A stretch of DNA of 64,000 bases, taken from positions 1,736,001 to 1,800,000 of the forward strand of contig CM102286.1 in the NCBI GenBank assembly GCA_046563655.1, read 5' to 3'. Origin of the DNA: Yuukianura sp. NJ FZ-2021. Taxonomy: Eukaryota. Within the stretch, counting starts at the first letter, position 1; the number at the start of each line of letters is the position of its first letter. The position numbers and the translations under genes are program-made. The notes below the pieces were generated by a model, which ran no database searches, was not told the origin of the DNA, and worked only from the letters and a program-made list of their open reading frames with translations. Positions 1 through 14,378 of this stretch are shown in pieces.

Positions 1-456
1 TGTCACGTCTTTCACGTCGAGATTAACTTTGTTCGTTATCCCTGTAGTGACAGGATATCTATGTATGGTTATCCTTATCCCCTTATCCTTATATCCTTAT
101 TTCCTTATCCCGCGTTGAAATTTTTGATTAACTACATTTTGTTCTTAGGTTTTACATACGGTTTGATTGATCTATATCGTTTGCTATGTAATGTAGAAAG
201 TCGAGGTTTCGAGATTTGTTAAAATCTGAGATTTTTCAAAATAAGTAGGACCTATTTCTATTTATTGTGTAGAATCTAAAAATAATTTTGTTAATTTATT
301 TTCCAAGTTTTAGTATCTTTTCAAACGAAAAGATAATAAAAACTTGATCGCTCACTTTTGGTTTCGTAAGGTACATTATTAGTATTAAGTTTGTTCTTTT
401 TTTTTACATTGTTGAATACTTGAAACTTCAAGTGTCAACAATTGAAGTGTTTTTAG

Positions 457-700
457 GAATTCACAGACTTGAATGTGGAACGCATGAAGTGTTTTTGAGT
501 TCCGTTGTTTCTACACGCAGTGTAAAACGAGACAACCGAAATCGGAAAGGGGATCAACTGAAAGCGGGTTTTTTGTTGGAGATTACGGTAAGCGAAAAGT
601 CATTTCTTGTAGGAATTAAATGGACTTTAGTCTTTTGTTGTTTTTGTTTTAGAGTAAATCGATCGACCATGACAAAGGCCGTGGAGGATGAGCTACCTTG
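457..700 (+). other. Candidate spliced exons (457-587 and 653-700) of an unresolved + strand transcript; ATG at 669 opens MTKAVEDELP
   Basis: ttttag|457..587|gtaagc and ttttag|653..700|gtgagt have strong splice signals; ACCATG context at 666-671. The downstream exon could not be assigned. Confidence 0.35.
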
Positions 701-3310
701 GTGAGTGAGAATTGCAATTTTAGTGATAAGCCTGCAAACAAAGAAGCACTTTGGTTCCAATGTCACTTTCACCTTGAACGTCAATATGTCATCTACTTCC
801 CTTCAGGGACGCCCAAATTAGGTCTAAAAATATACCTAATGTATCTGCTCTCCTTTCTAAAAGTTGCGATTAATCTATTGTTTGTGGCTAATTCCTTGAG
901 TTTGGTTACTTTTCAGGTTTTATAGGAAGGGATTTTAAATTTTTAATTACATTTTTAGTTACAATGATTCAAAAACATCTACTTTTTCGTTTTCAAACAT
1001 TTTTGAAATTGAACTTTTATGTTTTCGTTTTCGCCCTGAGGGCAGTGGAATGTCAATTACTTTTTCCCGGAATTCCCAATTTTCCAAAATTTGTTTTATC
1101 CTATAAGAAGCGGAAGTATTTTATTTCATTTCCTTTCATTAAATGAATGGATGTTTACGGACTGAAAGGAAAGTGAGTGAAATGTTCCTGAAATCAAATT
1201 TTGAAAAGTTAGCTACTTATTGAAATCGGATTTTACAATACAGTTTCTCCTTTTTGTTCAGATTTGATGAAAATTTTGAATTTTCATTTGCTTTTAATAC
1301 ATTTAATACTTTCACCAGTGGGAAAATTTTGGACGGAAACGTTATGTTATAAAATAGTTTCAAGTTACTCTATTTTGTGGACAGTTTAGCTCATGATTTC
1401 AGTGAAAAGTTTTGTTTTGTAAACTTTTGGAGTGAAAAGTGAAGGAACCATACTGTGAATACAGCTCGTTAAAATCCAAATCCGGAAGCTGTCAAAACTA
1501 TTTACTCGAAATTCCACAAATATCATTTACTACATCTCAGCATGAACTTCCAAAAGTTTAAAAACAGTTTGGCTCAATTTCAAAATGTAGTAAACAAAAG
1601 TTGAAGAGAAAAAAATTGTTGACTGTGTTTTTTGTAAACTTTGACAAAAGAGAGCTTCGGACTGAAAAAAAAATAATAAGCTCACAAACTTTACCGATAA
1701 CTATAACTGACAAATTGGATGGAAAATTTGTCAAACGATTTTCAAAATTTGTCGTTTGTGAAAAGAAAATTCAAAAAGTGGATTTGGACTATTGTAAGCC
1801 TTTTGAACACAAAGTTCTTGTGAAATCACTTTCACTCTGCTCTCCACCTTAACATTTTATGAATATTACTTTTTCAAGAAAAGTTTTTTTTTGTTATGGC
1901 ATCACCAAGTGAAAGTGGAAAGTCTGTGATGGAAAAGTTGCGCTTCATAAAGCAATGTCAGACACAAAAGTAAAATTTTATGAAATACTTTTCAAATTTC
2001 GAAAGTGGTTGTATGCCTGTAGGCACAAATGCTTCGAAACCATTTTTTCCCTAGGGCAAATCCTCTCTTTGAAAAAAAAACATGAAAAGTCTTGAGATAA
2101 AAAAATACCCGGATTTTTGTGTACTAAGTGCTTTTCGTTTTTCATTTCCGAACCAAAAATGCTGCTTTTCGATCATTTTCACTTCCAAAAGAAACGGCGA
2201 ATGTTAAGGTGTGGATTTTTTTTTGCATGACGGCGCTGAACTCGTTTTTTTGGCTACACAATGCTTTAGTCATAATTTTTTTAGCTAAATACTTTTGTTT
2301 CTTGATTTGAAATTTAAATTAGGACATTATGCAATTTTTGGAAATAAATTGTACATTCAAAAGCTATTTAAAACTTAAAAGCAGCGGACCTGAACGCAAA
2401 TTAGATCCAAACTTTTCTAAAAATAGGTTCCTTTTGTCATTATTCGCCAAATTAAAGTTCACTCATAAGGTTTTCACTAACTCCTCACAAGCATAACATT
2501 TTTACATAACTTTGTTTTCAAACTTTTTAACGACTTTTCCTTAAAAGTTGAAAACGACTGCTCCTTGAACTGAATTTGTTTAAACTTCGTACTAGCTAAC
2601 TAAAGAGTTATTTTAATCTACATTGTGTTTGTTACATTTACTTTAGCCTTCCAAAGTAAAGAAGTTACAAAAACAGCACAATGATAAAAAAAAAGTTGTG
2701 CAAATTTAGACCACTTTAGATGAATTCAAATTCTAAAATTAGAAACGCCGGCGTGTGCTTGAGCTTAAAATCACTTTTGACTGCAATTATCCTAAAAGTG
2801 GTGCCTAAAAAGCCAAGTTCCAGTTGAACCAGTTGGTTCCAGATTGTACCAGATCCAGAACAATGACAATTTCCATAAGAAAACTCCCTTGGCTTTTGAA
2901 AAAGACTAAAAAATATGTATTATTTATACCTTTATTACTCAAAAAATTTTTTTACTACTCAATTAAATACATTTTCAGTCCCGGCAGCTTTACGATCTGC
3001 TTTTGTCGTTTATTTCAACAACATTTTTTCTCAGGTTGCACATTTCACAGGATAGTTTTTTGCTAATTTTTTTTTGAAAATGTGTAGGAAATATTTTGAT
3101 TCAAAGAATACAATAATTGCTTAACTTAATTTTATTTTTTTTTAAATTTCTTTTTTGAAAAATAGGAGTATCTGTAGTACATGTTGCTGTATGGTCCCGG
3201 TACACAATTTTTTTTAAGAATTTAAAGTTTTAATTAATGCTGTTTGTGCAAATTCGTTTGCAGACTAGTAAAAATTTTGTATCAATTTTTGTTTTATGTT
3301 TTAGTTTCTG

Positions 3311-6300
3311 TTACATTTTTTTGACAATCCATGGAACCTTTCCGTTTCTTTTGAAGTTCCAGTAGTCGTATGTTACTTTCAAAATGACCAGAACGATACA
3401 AGTTGCAAGGAAAATGCTGAAAAGATCAAGCAGTTCAATCATTTGTGAAACTTCATCTTGTTTACACCAGTCCTCATTATCCATGTAACGAATCTACAAA
3501 AAGAGAAGAGGGAAAACCAAATTACTAATTACGAAATTTAATTAATTTTAATCAATTTTTCGTAATTAGCGAACCTGCGTTTTGGTCCTTTCACATCTTA
3601 CGTCTTCAATATTCTTTACAATGTTGGCATGTCGTAACAACCAAACCTAAACAAAATATTTCAAACACTCACATTTCAAAAACTTTTTGAAAATTTTAAA
3701 TTTTCAAAATTTGAAACGTAAATAGTCAAACCTTAAAAGTCGAAACTGTTCGACAATCACATTTCCAATTGTTCAGACTTAAGTCTATCAGGTACAGTCG
3801 CTTATTTTCACGGATTATGTTTTCCAGCATGTGAATTGGAATCTAAAATACAAAAATACTTTACAAAAAGGTGTAAAATCTAATAATCTTTCAAAATTTT
3901 GCAAAATTTTTGGTTTGCTTACATCCGTCACTCGATTATTTCGTAAACTAAAAACTTGAAAACTGTAGATCCAGTCTGACGTTTCAAGTAAATTGATATT
4001 TGATATTGCATTGTTCTCCAAATACAAATTTCGGATCCCAACATCATCATAACTCCGTACAAATTTGTCTATGGATTGAATCTGAAATTTTGAACAAAAA
4101 CAAAATTTTGAAACAAAGTGAACAAAACAAAATGAATTTTCGAAAAACAAATTAAGTAAAAGCTTCCTTCAATGTTTAAAAAAAAGTTTCAGACATTTGC
4201 CTTTTTTTTTATAAAAAGAATTTTTTTTCAGGAAAGAGGCAGATTTTTTTTTCAGAGACGAGTTTGCTGATTTGTAAAAGTGGCAAGTTAAACGTTTTTG
4301 AAATGTTTTTTTTCCGGTTTCCCCGAAATTTCGATTTCCCGTTCTGCCACTTTCGTTTTTTACACTTTCCATAAAAGTTAATGTTAAAAAGAGAGTGAGT
4401 GACTTGGACGATGATAGAATAGCAAAGATAATCCGTTGAGGGGATGAACTTTCTCTGTTGAAAGTCGCTTGCAGATAAAAACAAATCTGCTTTTCCGAGG
4501 ATTAAGGTGACTTTCTCCAACAACCTTAACTTTTTTTCTGCACTAGCTTAAGTTTAGTAACATTCGGTTTCAAAAGATTGACTTGTGAACTTACGTCGTT
4601 ACTGTTGAGGTAAAGTGTGTCAGTGGGATTGGGCAAATCTTCTGGATCGGGAAAATCGAGAAAACCACGGTTTGAGCAGTTGACGGCCGTTTTAGAGTGG
4701 ATCACTTTATCCTGTTCCCAAATGTAGTCAATCACACAGCTACAGTTGACGCGACACTCCAATTTCACTTTCTGAAAAAAAAAGTTCAAAAGTGAAGGTC
4801 AAAGGTCAACTTTATAATTTAGATGCTTTTGTTCAGTTTCTTGTAAATAATTTAACACCACACAGAAATTGTTGTAAATCATTTGAGAGAAAATTGAATT
4901 TGTCATAGGAGAAAGCAGAGTTTTGTGCCACCGAATTCTTAAAAACAGAAAAGGAGAAAACGTTACACAAAAATTCTTTGTTGCTGTAATTGAAACGGAT
5001 GTAATTCTCCTAATGAAGTTAATTGCCACTTATGTAATGCTTTTGATGTATTTGCCATTTACATAAATGCCACTTATGTACTATTGCTTTTGATGTATTT
5101 GACGTTTACATAAATGCCACTTACGTAATTTAACTGATGTATTGACATAGAAGCTTTTATGTTTTTATGATTTTAAGAATCGTCATTTTGTTTAAAAGTT
5201 GGCTGTTGAAAAGCAAAAAGAAAAGTTTGGCGTTTAGAATTTCCGGCTAAAGTGAAAGCAGTAAGAATTCGGAGAAAGTTGAAATTGGTTTTTACACTTG
5301 TTGCTTGAGGGATTTTGGAAAATAGGACTGCGTGGAGTCAATTCATGTTATTTGGTAGTGCTAAAACTTTGTTTTGTTTGTCTCGAGTAAACTTTCTTGT
5401 AAAATGGGAAATCTTGTAGACAGTTAAGGTTAGGCGGTAAGCGTAGGTGGTTAAGCGTAGGTGGTTAGGTGGTATAAGTATAGGTTAAACGCAGATTGTA
5501 CTTGGGGTTAAGGTCAACTAGTGAAGTCAACAAGAGAGACTCTTTTGACCTCATTTTGTAAAGTGAAGCCTGCAAACTATATTTTGATTGGCTGAAATTA
5601 ATTTGAAATTGTTACAAAGTGAACAATGAAGTTTGTTTACCTTGATGAGTCGAATTGTTTGTAAAATTGGTTTTGGCTTGTTTTGATGCGGCGGTTTTTC
5701 ACAAAAAGTATTTTCAAGGTTGATCAGTGTCAAGTTTGGATGATCCACCCACTCCAAGTCGGACGAAGTGCAGTCAAGTGGGTTCTCTGAAAACAAAACA
5801 CAAACAATAAGCTAATCAAAAAAAAAATTATGAAAATTTGAATTCAGGAAAAAATTAGACCAATTTGGACTAAATTTGAGCCATAGAATTGAGAATGAAT
5901 TAACAAAAAAAAAATTTTTTTTTGCCAACTTTGCAGTCATTTCACACAAACATTTATTTCAATAATTAGATTTAAAGAAACTTAGAAGTTAGTTCCAACT
6001 TGTAATTCTAGATTTTTTCAATTTATGATTTCTAATGTAAGTGTTGGAAAAAACTTTGCCAGAAAAGTTTTTCTTTGCTATTTAGATGATTATAGTGACA
6101 GAAAAAGTTTGAATTTGTTCTACTTTTGGAATCGTACGGTCCTTGGGTTTGACTTCATAGTTTTTAGACTTTCGAAGCCGAAAAGTTTCTCTCCACTTTT
6201 TTAAATTTTGATCTCACTAACACTCAAAGTTGCATTTCCACTTCAAACGGGTTTTGCTTGACTGGATCTTTCTTCCCATGTACTTCGATTTACATAAGGT

Positions 6301-8745
6301 TTTTTTTTTAACTTAGCAGTAAATTTGCTGAAACTTTTAGCCAATTCTTTTTTTTTATGCAAATGAAAATGTGTTTTTCTTTTTACAAATCTTTGTCAAC
6401 AAGTAAACTTTTGGCGAAAACTATGAGTAAATATCACCCAATTTTGATTTTCTTTTCTCAAAATAACTAAAATACAAAAACGTTTGCAGCATTCTTCAAT
6501 TCAAATTCCCGTTCTTCTTCGAAGTGCAAAGACAATTTTGTACGCAAACTTTTTATTATTCAAATTCTAAACACGTCAGCATTTCCAGAAAAAAACGAAA
6601 CTGAAAATTAATTTAATATGCGATGACTTAACCAAAGTCAAAAACAGATTAGAAGAAAGTGTTAAGTCGAAACCTGGCTTCGGGCGTTTCAACTTCAAAG
6701 TTTAATTCGATCTTGTCTAGATTAGCCTAACCAGAATAGCTTAAACCTAACAAGTTTGATTTGGAATGTGAAGTTTACGGTTTTATTTCCAGAGTGTTCT
6801 GAAGTTTCAAATCTCGCATTTCAAAATTTAATTACAGTTTGAAGAACGTAGAACGTTCTGGAGTAGAAGAAGTTAAGTACAACTTGAGAATCTCCATTTC
6901 TTTGTACACGTTAAACCTCGCTTTAGTCCATTCTTGAGTCCAAATGGAATTTAAACTACGCAGAGAGATCATCTTTTGTTGTTGACCTTCCAGAGATCAA
7001 GAGTGACCTTGAACACCCTAAGTCCAGACATACAAAGAAACTTAAAAGAAGAGCAGAAAGTGTTATGCCAGAGACTCCAATTTCAATTTTACTAAAAGTT
7101 TTAATTTTAAATGAACCAAAAAGCGACGTCTCATTTAGCCGCCGGTGAATTTATGAATAAACATAAAGAACTTTGTGTCATTTCCATTTTTGTTTTTTGA
7201 AAAGAGGAACAAAGGCAAGACATGGCATTTTGAATGGAAGATGAAAATGCTCAGAAGCACTTCTTCCATAATTTGATTTTACAATAAAAGAATTCATTCG
7301 AAACTACTTTGTTCAAAACGTGCAGACGAAAGGAAAAAAAGGAAAGCTAAAATTAGATGCTGCAACATGAATTTTTTGCATAGCACGATGCTAGTACTAA
7401 AGTGACGTCTTAAAATAAATGTTGGATAAAGTCATCTTAATTTGGCCTGGTTTCGTTCCAGATGAATTCAAAAAGCACCACACACAAAAATACTATATCA
7501 AAATTTAAACGGAATTTCAAAACCGCAACGGTTCAAAAACTTTTATGTAAACCGCAATTAATTTGTTTAAGTAAGTAAGTAGACGATTTGAAACAAACCG
7601 CGATTAAAGTAGCTCGCAAAAGCTAAACAAGCCAATAGCAAAATAATTCTAAACGTTTTGAAATGGATTAAACAACCTTTTCATTTCGATGTACGTAAGG
7701 AAAAAAATTTCAAAATTTTCGAAAAGACCAAATTCTAAAACTAGAAATTAATGTCATTTTTTGGATTTCAATTTGGAACAAAAAATACCAAAACCAAACA
7801 ACGCGGGCGTTATACGCCGATAAATAGGGTATTTTTTTTTAAATGCTTTGTTAGAAAAAATTGGCAGCAACGTTAAAAACAGTGGGAATAAAATTAAAAA
7901 TCAACCACACTTTGAATTTGCAACATTGTTTGGTTTGCTATTTTGCAATTTAGGATGCTATTTTGCTAAAATTTGAGTAAAGTGTGGCTTTTACCTGACA
8001 GATCAATAAATTTGAGTCTATTTTGGCTCATCTCTGGCAGATTTGGAAGTGTCATGATATTATTCTTATGAAGATTCAAAACTGACAAATTGGGAAACAC
8101 TTTGGTAAGCGTAAATGGAAAATGTTTGAAAGTGAGTTCATTTCCACTCAAATCCAACTTCCTAACAGACGGCCAAATGATAGTATCAGCTAAATTTCCA
8201 CCAATCACAGCACTGGAATTCACTTTGGCACTTCCACTCGTACTAGACTGTTGGGAGCCATATTGGATCCAAACGTCCCTTAGAAATTTCTGCGCAACTC
8301 GCGGACTGTCAACAAGGCTCAGCGATTCTAAATTCGGAAAAAGACTATGAAAATCCTGGACGCCAACAGTGAGGCTCGGATTGGCTGTAAGATTTGCAAA
8401 AGTCACATGACGAATGTTGAGGAATTCTGTTTGAAATGGCGGCAAATCCAATTTAGACTGGATTCCATAACACGTTAAAGTACTAAATATGTCATCTACA
8501 GAACAATATGGATTGACTTGAATCCAATTTGTAAACATATCACCCATATTCCCGCCATTTTGACTTTTAACAAAATCCCAGTCATCTTCGGTCCAATCAA
8601 CGTCAAGGTCATTGACCTGACCCGAATAAATTAATTGACCTTGCGAGGTCAAAGACGACTGCGCAGAGGCCGGCAACGTCTGAACAAAATTTAGCACAAA
8701 ACTCACAAGAACAATAGCACAAGTAATGAAAATTTTTGACACCAT
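3311..8745 (-). CDS. swi2: Singed wings 2 / halfway-family LRR single-pass membrane protein (7 coding exons)
   Basis: Exons 8745-7995, 5786-5641, 4771-4595, 4081-3923, 3842-3732, 3646-3575, 3493-3311 join in frame with GT-AG introns. Signal peptide MVSKIFITCAIVLV, LRRs (LDLSGN, LNLHKNNI, LYLENNAI), LRR-CT motifs (NPLDC, NNWKCDC), TM helix and tail YDYWNFKRNGKVPWIVKKM resembling the Swi2 C-terminus. Confidence 0.8.
5024..5145. repeat. ~45-bp tandem repeat, about 2.5 copies, in a swi2 intron
   Basis: Unit tgccacttatgta..tgcttttgatgtatttg...tttacataaa is repeated. Confidence 0.75.
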
Positions 8746-10147
8746 TTTCAAAATTTCACTCAAAGGTCACACGACTAAACGAGGCCACACTTTTAGCACA
8801 ACTGAACGAATACACGCCTTGTTCATCTTTAAAGTTAAAAATCTTCCTATTGTTCTCCTTTAAAAGATTCAGTTTTCACATTAGGTATAAAAATTGCACA
8901 ACCTTGTTGCGGTTATGGAGTCTGCAAACAAAATTACAATAAATTTTCCACTTGGAGCACAAGGTTATTAGAATTTTAAAGTTGCTGTAAAAAAAAAGTC
9001 TAACAAGCACAAAATAAATTTCACGGATTACGTTATGCAATATGCTGTTCAACTAGTCTAAACTAACTTTTTAGCACTTTTGTTACAAATTGTACTCCTC
9101 CTATGTTATCTGACTTGACCACATTTCAGTTGACCTTGAAAAGTCAAGATCCGTCCAGGTCAGAAGTCAAAGTGAAACTGAGGCAGAACAGGATGGTCAT
9201 TGGAGTTCATATAGTGGTGCATAATAAAACTTTGCTCCTTGGAAAGACGCTGCTGAATTGGCAGTTTTTGCCATCCCCTTACCACTACCATCCTCATTTG
9301 TCTTTATATCTTTACTTGTTTGGACTTGGATCATTGGACTATTTGGAATAAAATGGACGACGGAATAAGACGTAAGTTGGATCTAGAGATGAAAAGAAGA
9401 TGACGATTTGGGATTAAGTTGGGATGAATGGCGGACATCCGAGATGACCAGAGATTAATTTCTGGCGGCTCATCTCCGGATTTCTGTTTTCTCGACCAAT
9501 GAAATCAAATTACCAGCGATTCAAATTCATACTCTCAAGCGTTATGTCTCAAATGACTTTTGATGTTTGAAGTTTATTTTTAAACTTCATGCCAATTGTT
9601 GCGTTCAGTAATTCGATACGGGCTGAAAACACTAAAAAATACTTTTATTCATGCATCCGTCAGGTCCTTTTGCAAACAAAGAAACTGAAAAGTTAATGTA
9701 GAATGGGGATGGTAGTCGAGAAATTGGAATTGGTTAATTTTTTGTTAGCGTGATACTGATTTTTTACAAAAATTTGGTTAATACAATTAATTAATTACAA
9801 CATGGTTTCCAACTAAACTTCAAGATTTATTGTTTTAGAAAAGTTTGACTATTGTTTCAAACAATCATCGTGAATGAATAACTGTGTCTCAATTTTTGCA
9901 GAGTGGCGGGAACCTAGGGTAGATTCAAAAATAAAACTTCGATTCAAAACTTCCAAAATCAAAAAATGTAATCAAAAAACATTTTCATCAAAAACAATTT
10001 GATTAATTTGGAACTTTTTGCAACGATTTTAACTAACGGAGGGTAGTCTCCAATGGTCCAATAGTAAAGTTTGTTGTACGGTTTAGTTAAGTTATTAAGT
10101 AAGTATAACTTGAGTAAGTAAGTTAAGGTGGAAGGAGGGAAGTCGAG

Positions 10148-12547
10148 ATGACGAGTCTTCCTGTATCGGAACTGATTCGAATCAAGGATGATTCCGCTGC
10201 TGGGTCATCAGCCGAACCTCTGACAAAAAGCCGAGAAGAATGGAGGAAGGCAAAGGAATTGGAAGAAGCGCGAAAGGTAAGATGATTAAGTTAATTGCTG
10301 ATTACTGGTTACCTTTAATGGAACCATTAAACGACGTTATATCTATCTTTTCGTTCTGGTTTAGGCTGGTACGGCTCCAGCAGCTGTTGACGAAGAAGGA
10401 CGAGATATCAATCCACACATTCCGCAATACATTTCTACAGCGCCATGGTACATTGGAACAAGCGGACCGACGTTGAAGCATCAGAGGGAACCGGAAGAAC
10501 ACAAACCGAAGTTCGATCCCTTGGACGTTCGATATTTGCGTGGATCTGAACGGGTAAGATTGTCCGTGTCTTCAGAATCAGAAATCCCATGGAATTGTAG
10601 TTTATAACTTTTTGTTTTCTTCATTATCCAGTTGGTGCCAAAAGTCGTGACGAAATATCGTAAAGGAGCTTGCGAGAACTGTGGAGCCATAACACATACT
10701 AAAAAGGATTGTCTGGAACGACCAAGGAAAGTTGGAGCAAAATACAGCGGAAATAACATTGCTCCTGACGAACTTCCACAGCCGGAAATCAAGTTTAGTT
10801 TTGACGGAAAGCGGGATCGATGGAACGGTTACGACCCAAATGACTACCTTGCCGTTGTGGATGAATTTCAGAAGGTAAGGCTATTAGTTCTTTCTCTCTC
10901 TCTAACGTCTTCACGCTAAGCACAAACTAATATTTTTTTTTACTTTAGGTGGAAGAAGCAAAACGACACTTGAAAGCCGAGAAACTGAGCAAGGGAACCG
11001 GTGGAATTGAATTACCAGATAACATGGTCATGGATGAAGATGTTCCAGAGGAAGACGAAGACAAGTACGTCGACGACGTTGACATGCCTGGAACAAAAGT
11101 CGACTCCAAGCAGCGAATTACTGTTCGTAACCTTCGTATTCGCGAGGATGTGGCCAAGTATTTGAGGAACTTGGATCCGAACTCGGCTTACTACGATCCC
11201 AAAACACGTTCTATGAGGGACAATCCTTATAAGGACGCAGGGAAGAGTGCGGAAGAGTAAGTCAGTGACTGGTTTTTCAAAATCTTTTAATTCCATTTTC
11301 ATGCTAACTGAGTTCATCAATACTTTATTGCAGAGTTGATTATGCTGGAGAGAACTTTGTTCGCTTTACTGGTGACACGACAAAGCACGCCCAGGCCCAG
11401 ATGTTTGCCTGGGAAGCTCATGAGAGAGGAGTTGACGTGCATGCACTTGCTGAGCCCACGAAGTTAGAACTTCTGAAGAAAGCATTTGAATCCAAGAAAG
11501 ACGAATTCAAGGGATCACTGACGAAGAACGTTCTGGACAAGTACGGCGGAGAGGAACATTTGGAAGCACCACCCAAGGCGCTGCTGCTGGCTCAAACCGA
11601 GGATTACACCGAGTACTCGCGTCAAGGAAAAATCATCAAGGTAAGACCAATGTTACTACCTTCACCAGTGAGAAAATCAATTGAGTAATCCATAACCTAA
11701 AATTTTTGTTGTTGTTTTTAGGGAAAAGAGAAACCGATTATCCGAAGTAAGTATGAAGAAGACGTGTATCCAAACAACCACAGTTCCATTTATGGTTCAT
11801 ACTGGAGAGATGGTAACTGGGGATACCACTGCTGCCACTCCTTGATTCGGGTATGCTTCCCACCAAATTCTTTGAACCTTTTTAACTCAAAAGTTTCTAA
11901 ATACTTTGAATATTTTTGCATTCCAGAACTCATATTGTACTGGACAAACTGGACGTTCTGTAAACGACAATGTCCCACTGCTGACAACTATCAAATCCCA
12001 GGCAGAGGAACATCAACGCGAAGAAAAGGAGATGGAAGAAGCAAATGCCGCCAAAACCAAAGAAAACGAGTCAGATGAAGACAAGATTGAAAAATTACCA
12101 GCGTCAGCTCCGGCCAAGAAATCACCGGAAGCAACAACATCGTCGAAAGCATCTAAAAATCAGAAGAAAAATCAGAAACGCAAGGCTAGGATGAAAGCTC
12201 GAGGCTCTTCGTCTAAAAAACGTCAAAGCTCTTCCTCCTCATCCTCCAGTTCATCATCTGATTCTTCGTCTTCCAGCTCCTCCGACTCTTCTTCAGATTC
12301 ATCTTCATCTTCTGATGAAGAAGAAGATGAGGAAACGAAGAAGAAACGGGAACTGGCAAAAGCACTGGAAGCTGAACAGAAGCGACAGAGAGAAGCTGAA
12401 AAGTGGACAGACGATAGGAAGCGAAAGTACAACAGTCGCTATGAAGAAAAGAAACTAACGGATGCTGAATTGGAAGCTTATCACATGATGAGGCAACGTG
12501 AAGAGGATCCCATGCTGCAATTTCTTTCGAAAAAATCTAAAAAGTGA
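10148..12547 (+). CDS. SLU7: Pre-mRNA splicing factor SLU7 (about 7 exons)
   Basis: [25 protein letters not shown], zinc knuckle [55 protein letters not shown]-terminal Ser/Lys/Glu-rich tail ending [10 protein letters not shown]; short GT-AG introns. Confidence 0.96.
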
Positions 12548-12963
12548 AGAAGTTTAGGTGAATGTAAGGTTCACCATGATTTATGGACGAAGAAAATTGT
12601 TAATAGTACAGCGTAATATAATTTTAACGTAATTATATTCAAAGTTTAAGTCAAAGTAAGTTTCGAAACGTCAAATTTTTAAACGCTATGTTCTACAACA
12701 GTAACTACATTTTACAGTTGGTTAAAGCTTCAATTAGATAATAGAACTTATGTTAATTAACGTGTTCATGTTAATTAACATGAATCGCTTGAGAAGAACT
12801 ATAGCATGACTATGACACGGGCACCGAAGTTTTAAGTCATGAACACAAAAATAAATAAGTTTTGGTTTCAGGAAGGAATACGGTGTAAATGCGACTAATC
12901 TCCAACAATTTCGTGATTTACGTAAGTAACGTCGTCCGTTTTAGTACCTCGGCGATTCTTGAT

Positions 12964-14234
12964 TCAGTTCCATGCAAACCAGGAGCGGATGCCGCTGGCA
13001 GTAGATTCAAGAACGCTTGGCGCCGTTTTCTCGGGTGTAACAGGATGCTTTCCGGAAGTATTTCGTTCCTTGACATCCTGTTTTCCCGACTCCGGGACAG
13101 TCGCAGTTTCGTTGCCGTCGTCTTCTTCTGCCTCTCCAGCTTCGTCGACTTCGTCAGAAGCAGCTCCAGTATTTCCAAGCACTTTTACGTTCGTCTCTGC
13201 CTGCATTTTGGCTTCGTAGTTTCGTACATCGTCTTCAGTCATTCCGTACCATTCGTCGAGCCATGCAAAGGCTTGACGATGTCCCAGTAAAAGGATTTCA
13301 CGAATCGCCTAGAAGGACAAGGAGCAGTTATACTTACATTTGAACATGAAAGTACTGCGTAAATACTTGGAAGTAGTTAGTAGTTTGCAATTGATCAAGC
13401 ACATCCTAACCTTTTGTGCAAAGTCCTCCACTCGTGTCTGTAGTCCCCAAATCTCGAAACTGCAAGAGACGACTTTGTAGGAACACATGATCGGTTCCGA
13501 AGTGTCTCTCCAGCCAGGTAACAGCGGACCGCGATTAGTCTTTACAGAATGATACAATTTTGGATCCTCCGACTCCTTGTAGTGTTTCGCTTGTAATTCA
13601 TCTTCAGCAATGTCAATAAAATCTACGTTCCGGTTTACGAGTTCGTCTTCTCTCATCTCCAAGCACTGCAAACAAAGATCCTCAATTAGCATTTTAACAA
13701 ACAAGTTATCATGCGTGACTTACATTTTCAGTACTTCCGTTGTTATTTTCGTAACGAGTCTTGATAAATAAGTTGAACCGTGGTAAAAACGAGCACGTAT
13801 ATTCTGTCTCCGTGTAGGGATAATAGTTCCATGACTTTTCAGTAACGTAAAATACCCGTGGTATAAATGACTGCAGGAAATAGGGTAACTTGCTGCAACA
13901 AAATATAAAACTTATGACTTAAACTGTTTTGTAAAGATGACTCCAGATCTTTAATACCTCGATAAATGGATCCTTTTTTCAGTGTAACGTCCAGCACCGT
14001 GTATGTCGTCCATGTGGGGTACATTATGGACAACCTCGACTCCTTCTCCAGACTCCGACTGCTCATGACTGTGTCTTGAGATCATGAACAATTGCCCAAT
14101 TTGGTACTAAAAGGTTTATAATCAATCATTTATATCCAGAACCACAACAGCTACTAGTACGAATATTAAGTAATTAGCTTACTTACCTCGTCAACAGTGA
14201 ATGGCATCGGTATCCTGTACTCCGTTACCAACAT
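12964..14234 (-). CDS. rdgBbeta: Cytoplasmic phosphatidylinositol transfer protein (class IIB, rdgB-beta/PITPNC1)
   Basis: MLVTEYRIPMPFTVDE|YQIGQLFMI, TEKRIHLSSKLP, FYVTEKSWNYYPYT, MCSYKVV, WGLQTRVE, LLGHRQAFAWLDEWYGMT; 5 exons. Confidence 0.93.
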
Positions 14235-14378
14235 TTTGGGATTTGTTCCGAGTAATTACAACTGAATCAGAGCCGAGGTATGAATTAGACGAGGAGTTAG
14301 GCAAATTGTCTAAAACAAATGAAATGGAGAGTTACACTAAGTTACACATTAACAGTGTTATGGCTAAGCAAAAAAATT

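Noticed and set aside
12223..12432. Acidic ORF antisense to SLU7, and other antisense ORFs over SLU7, PITP, ADAM and the orphan gene
   Set aside because: Shadow frames of real coding exons or low-complexity Ser codons; no independent splice or start signals.
12765..12784. 20-bp palindrome ttcatgttaattaacatgaa between the convergent SLU7 and PITP genes
   Set aside because: Short and AT-rich; plausible by chance or local slippage.
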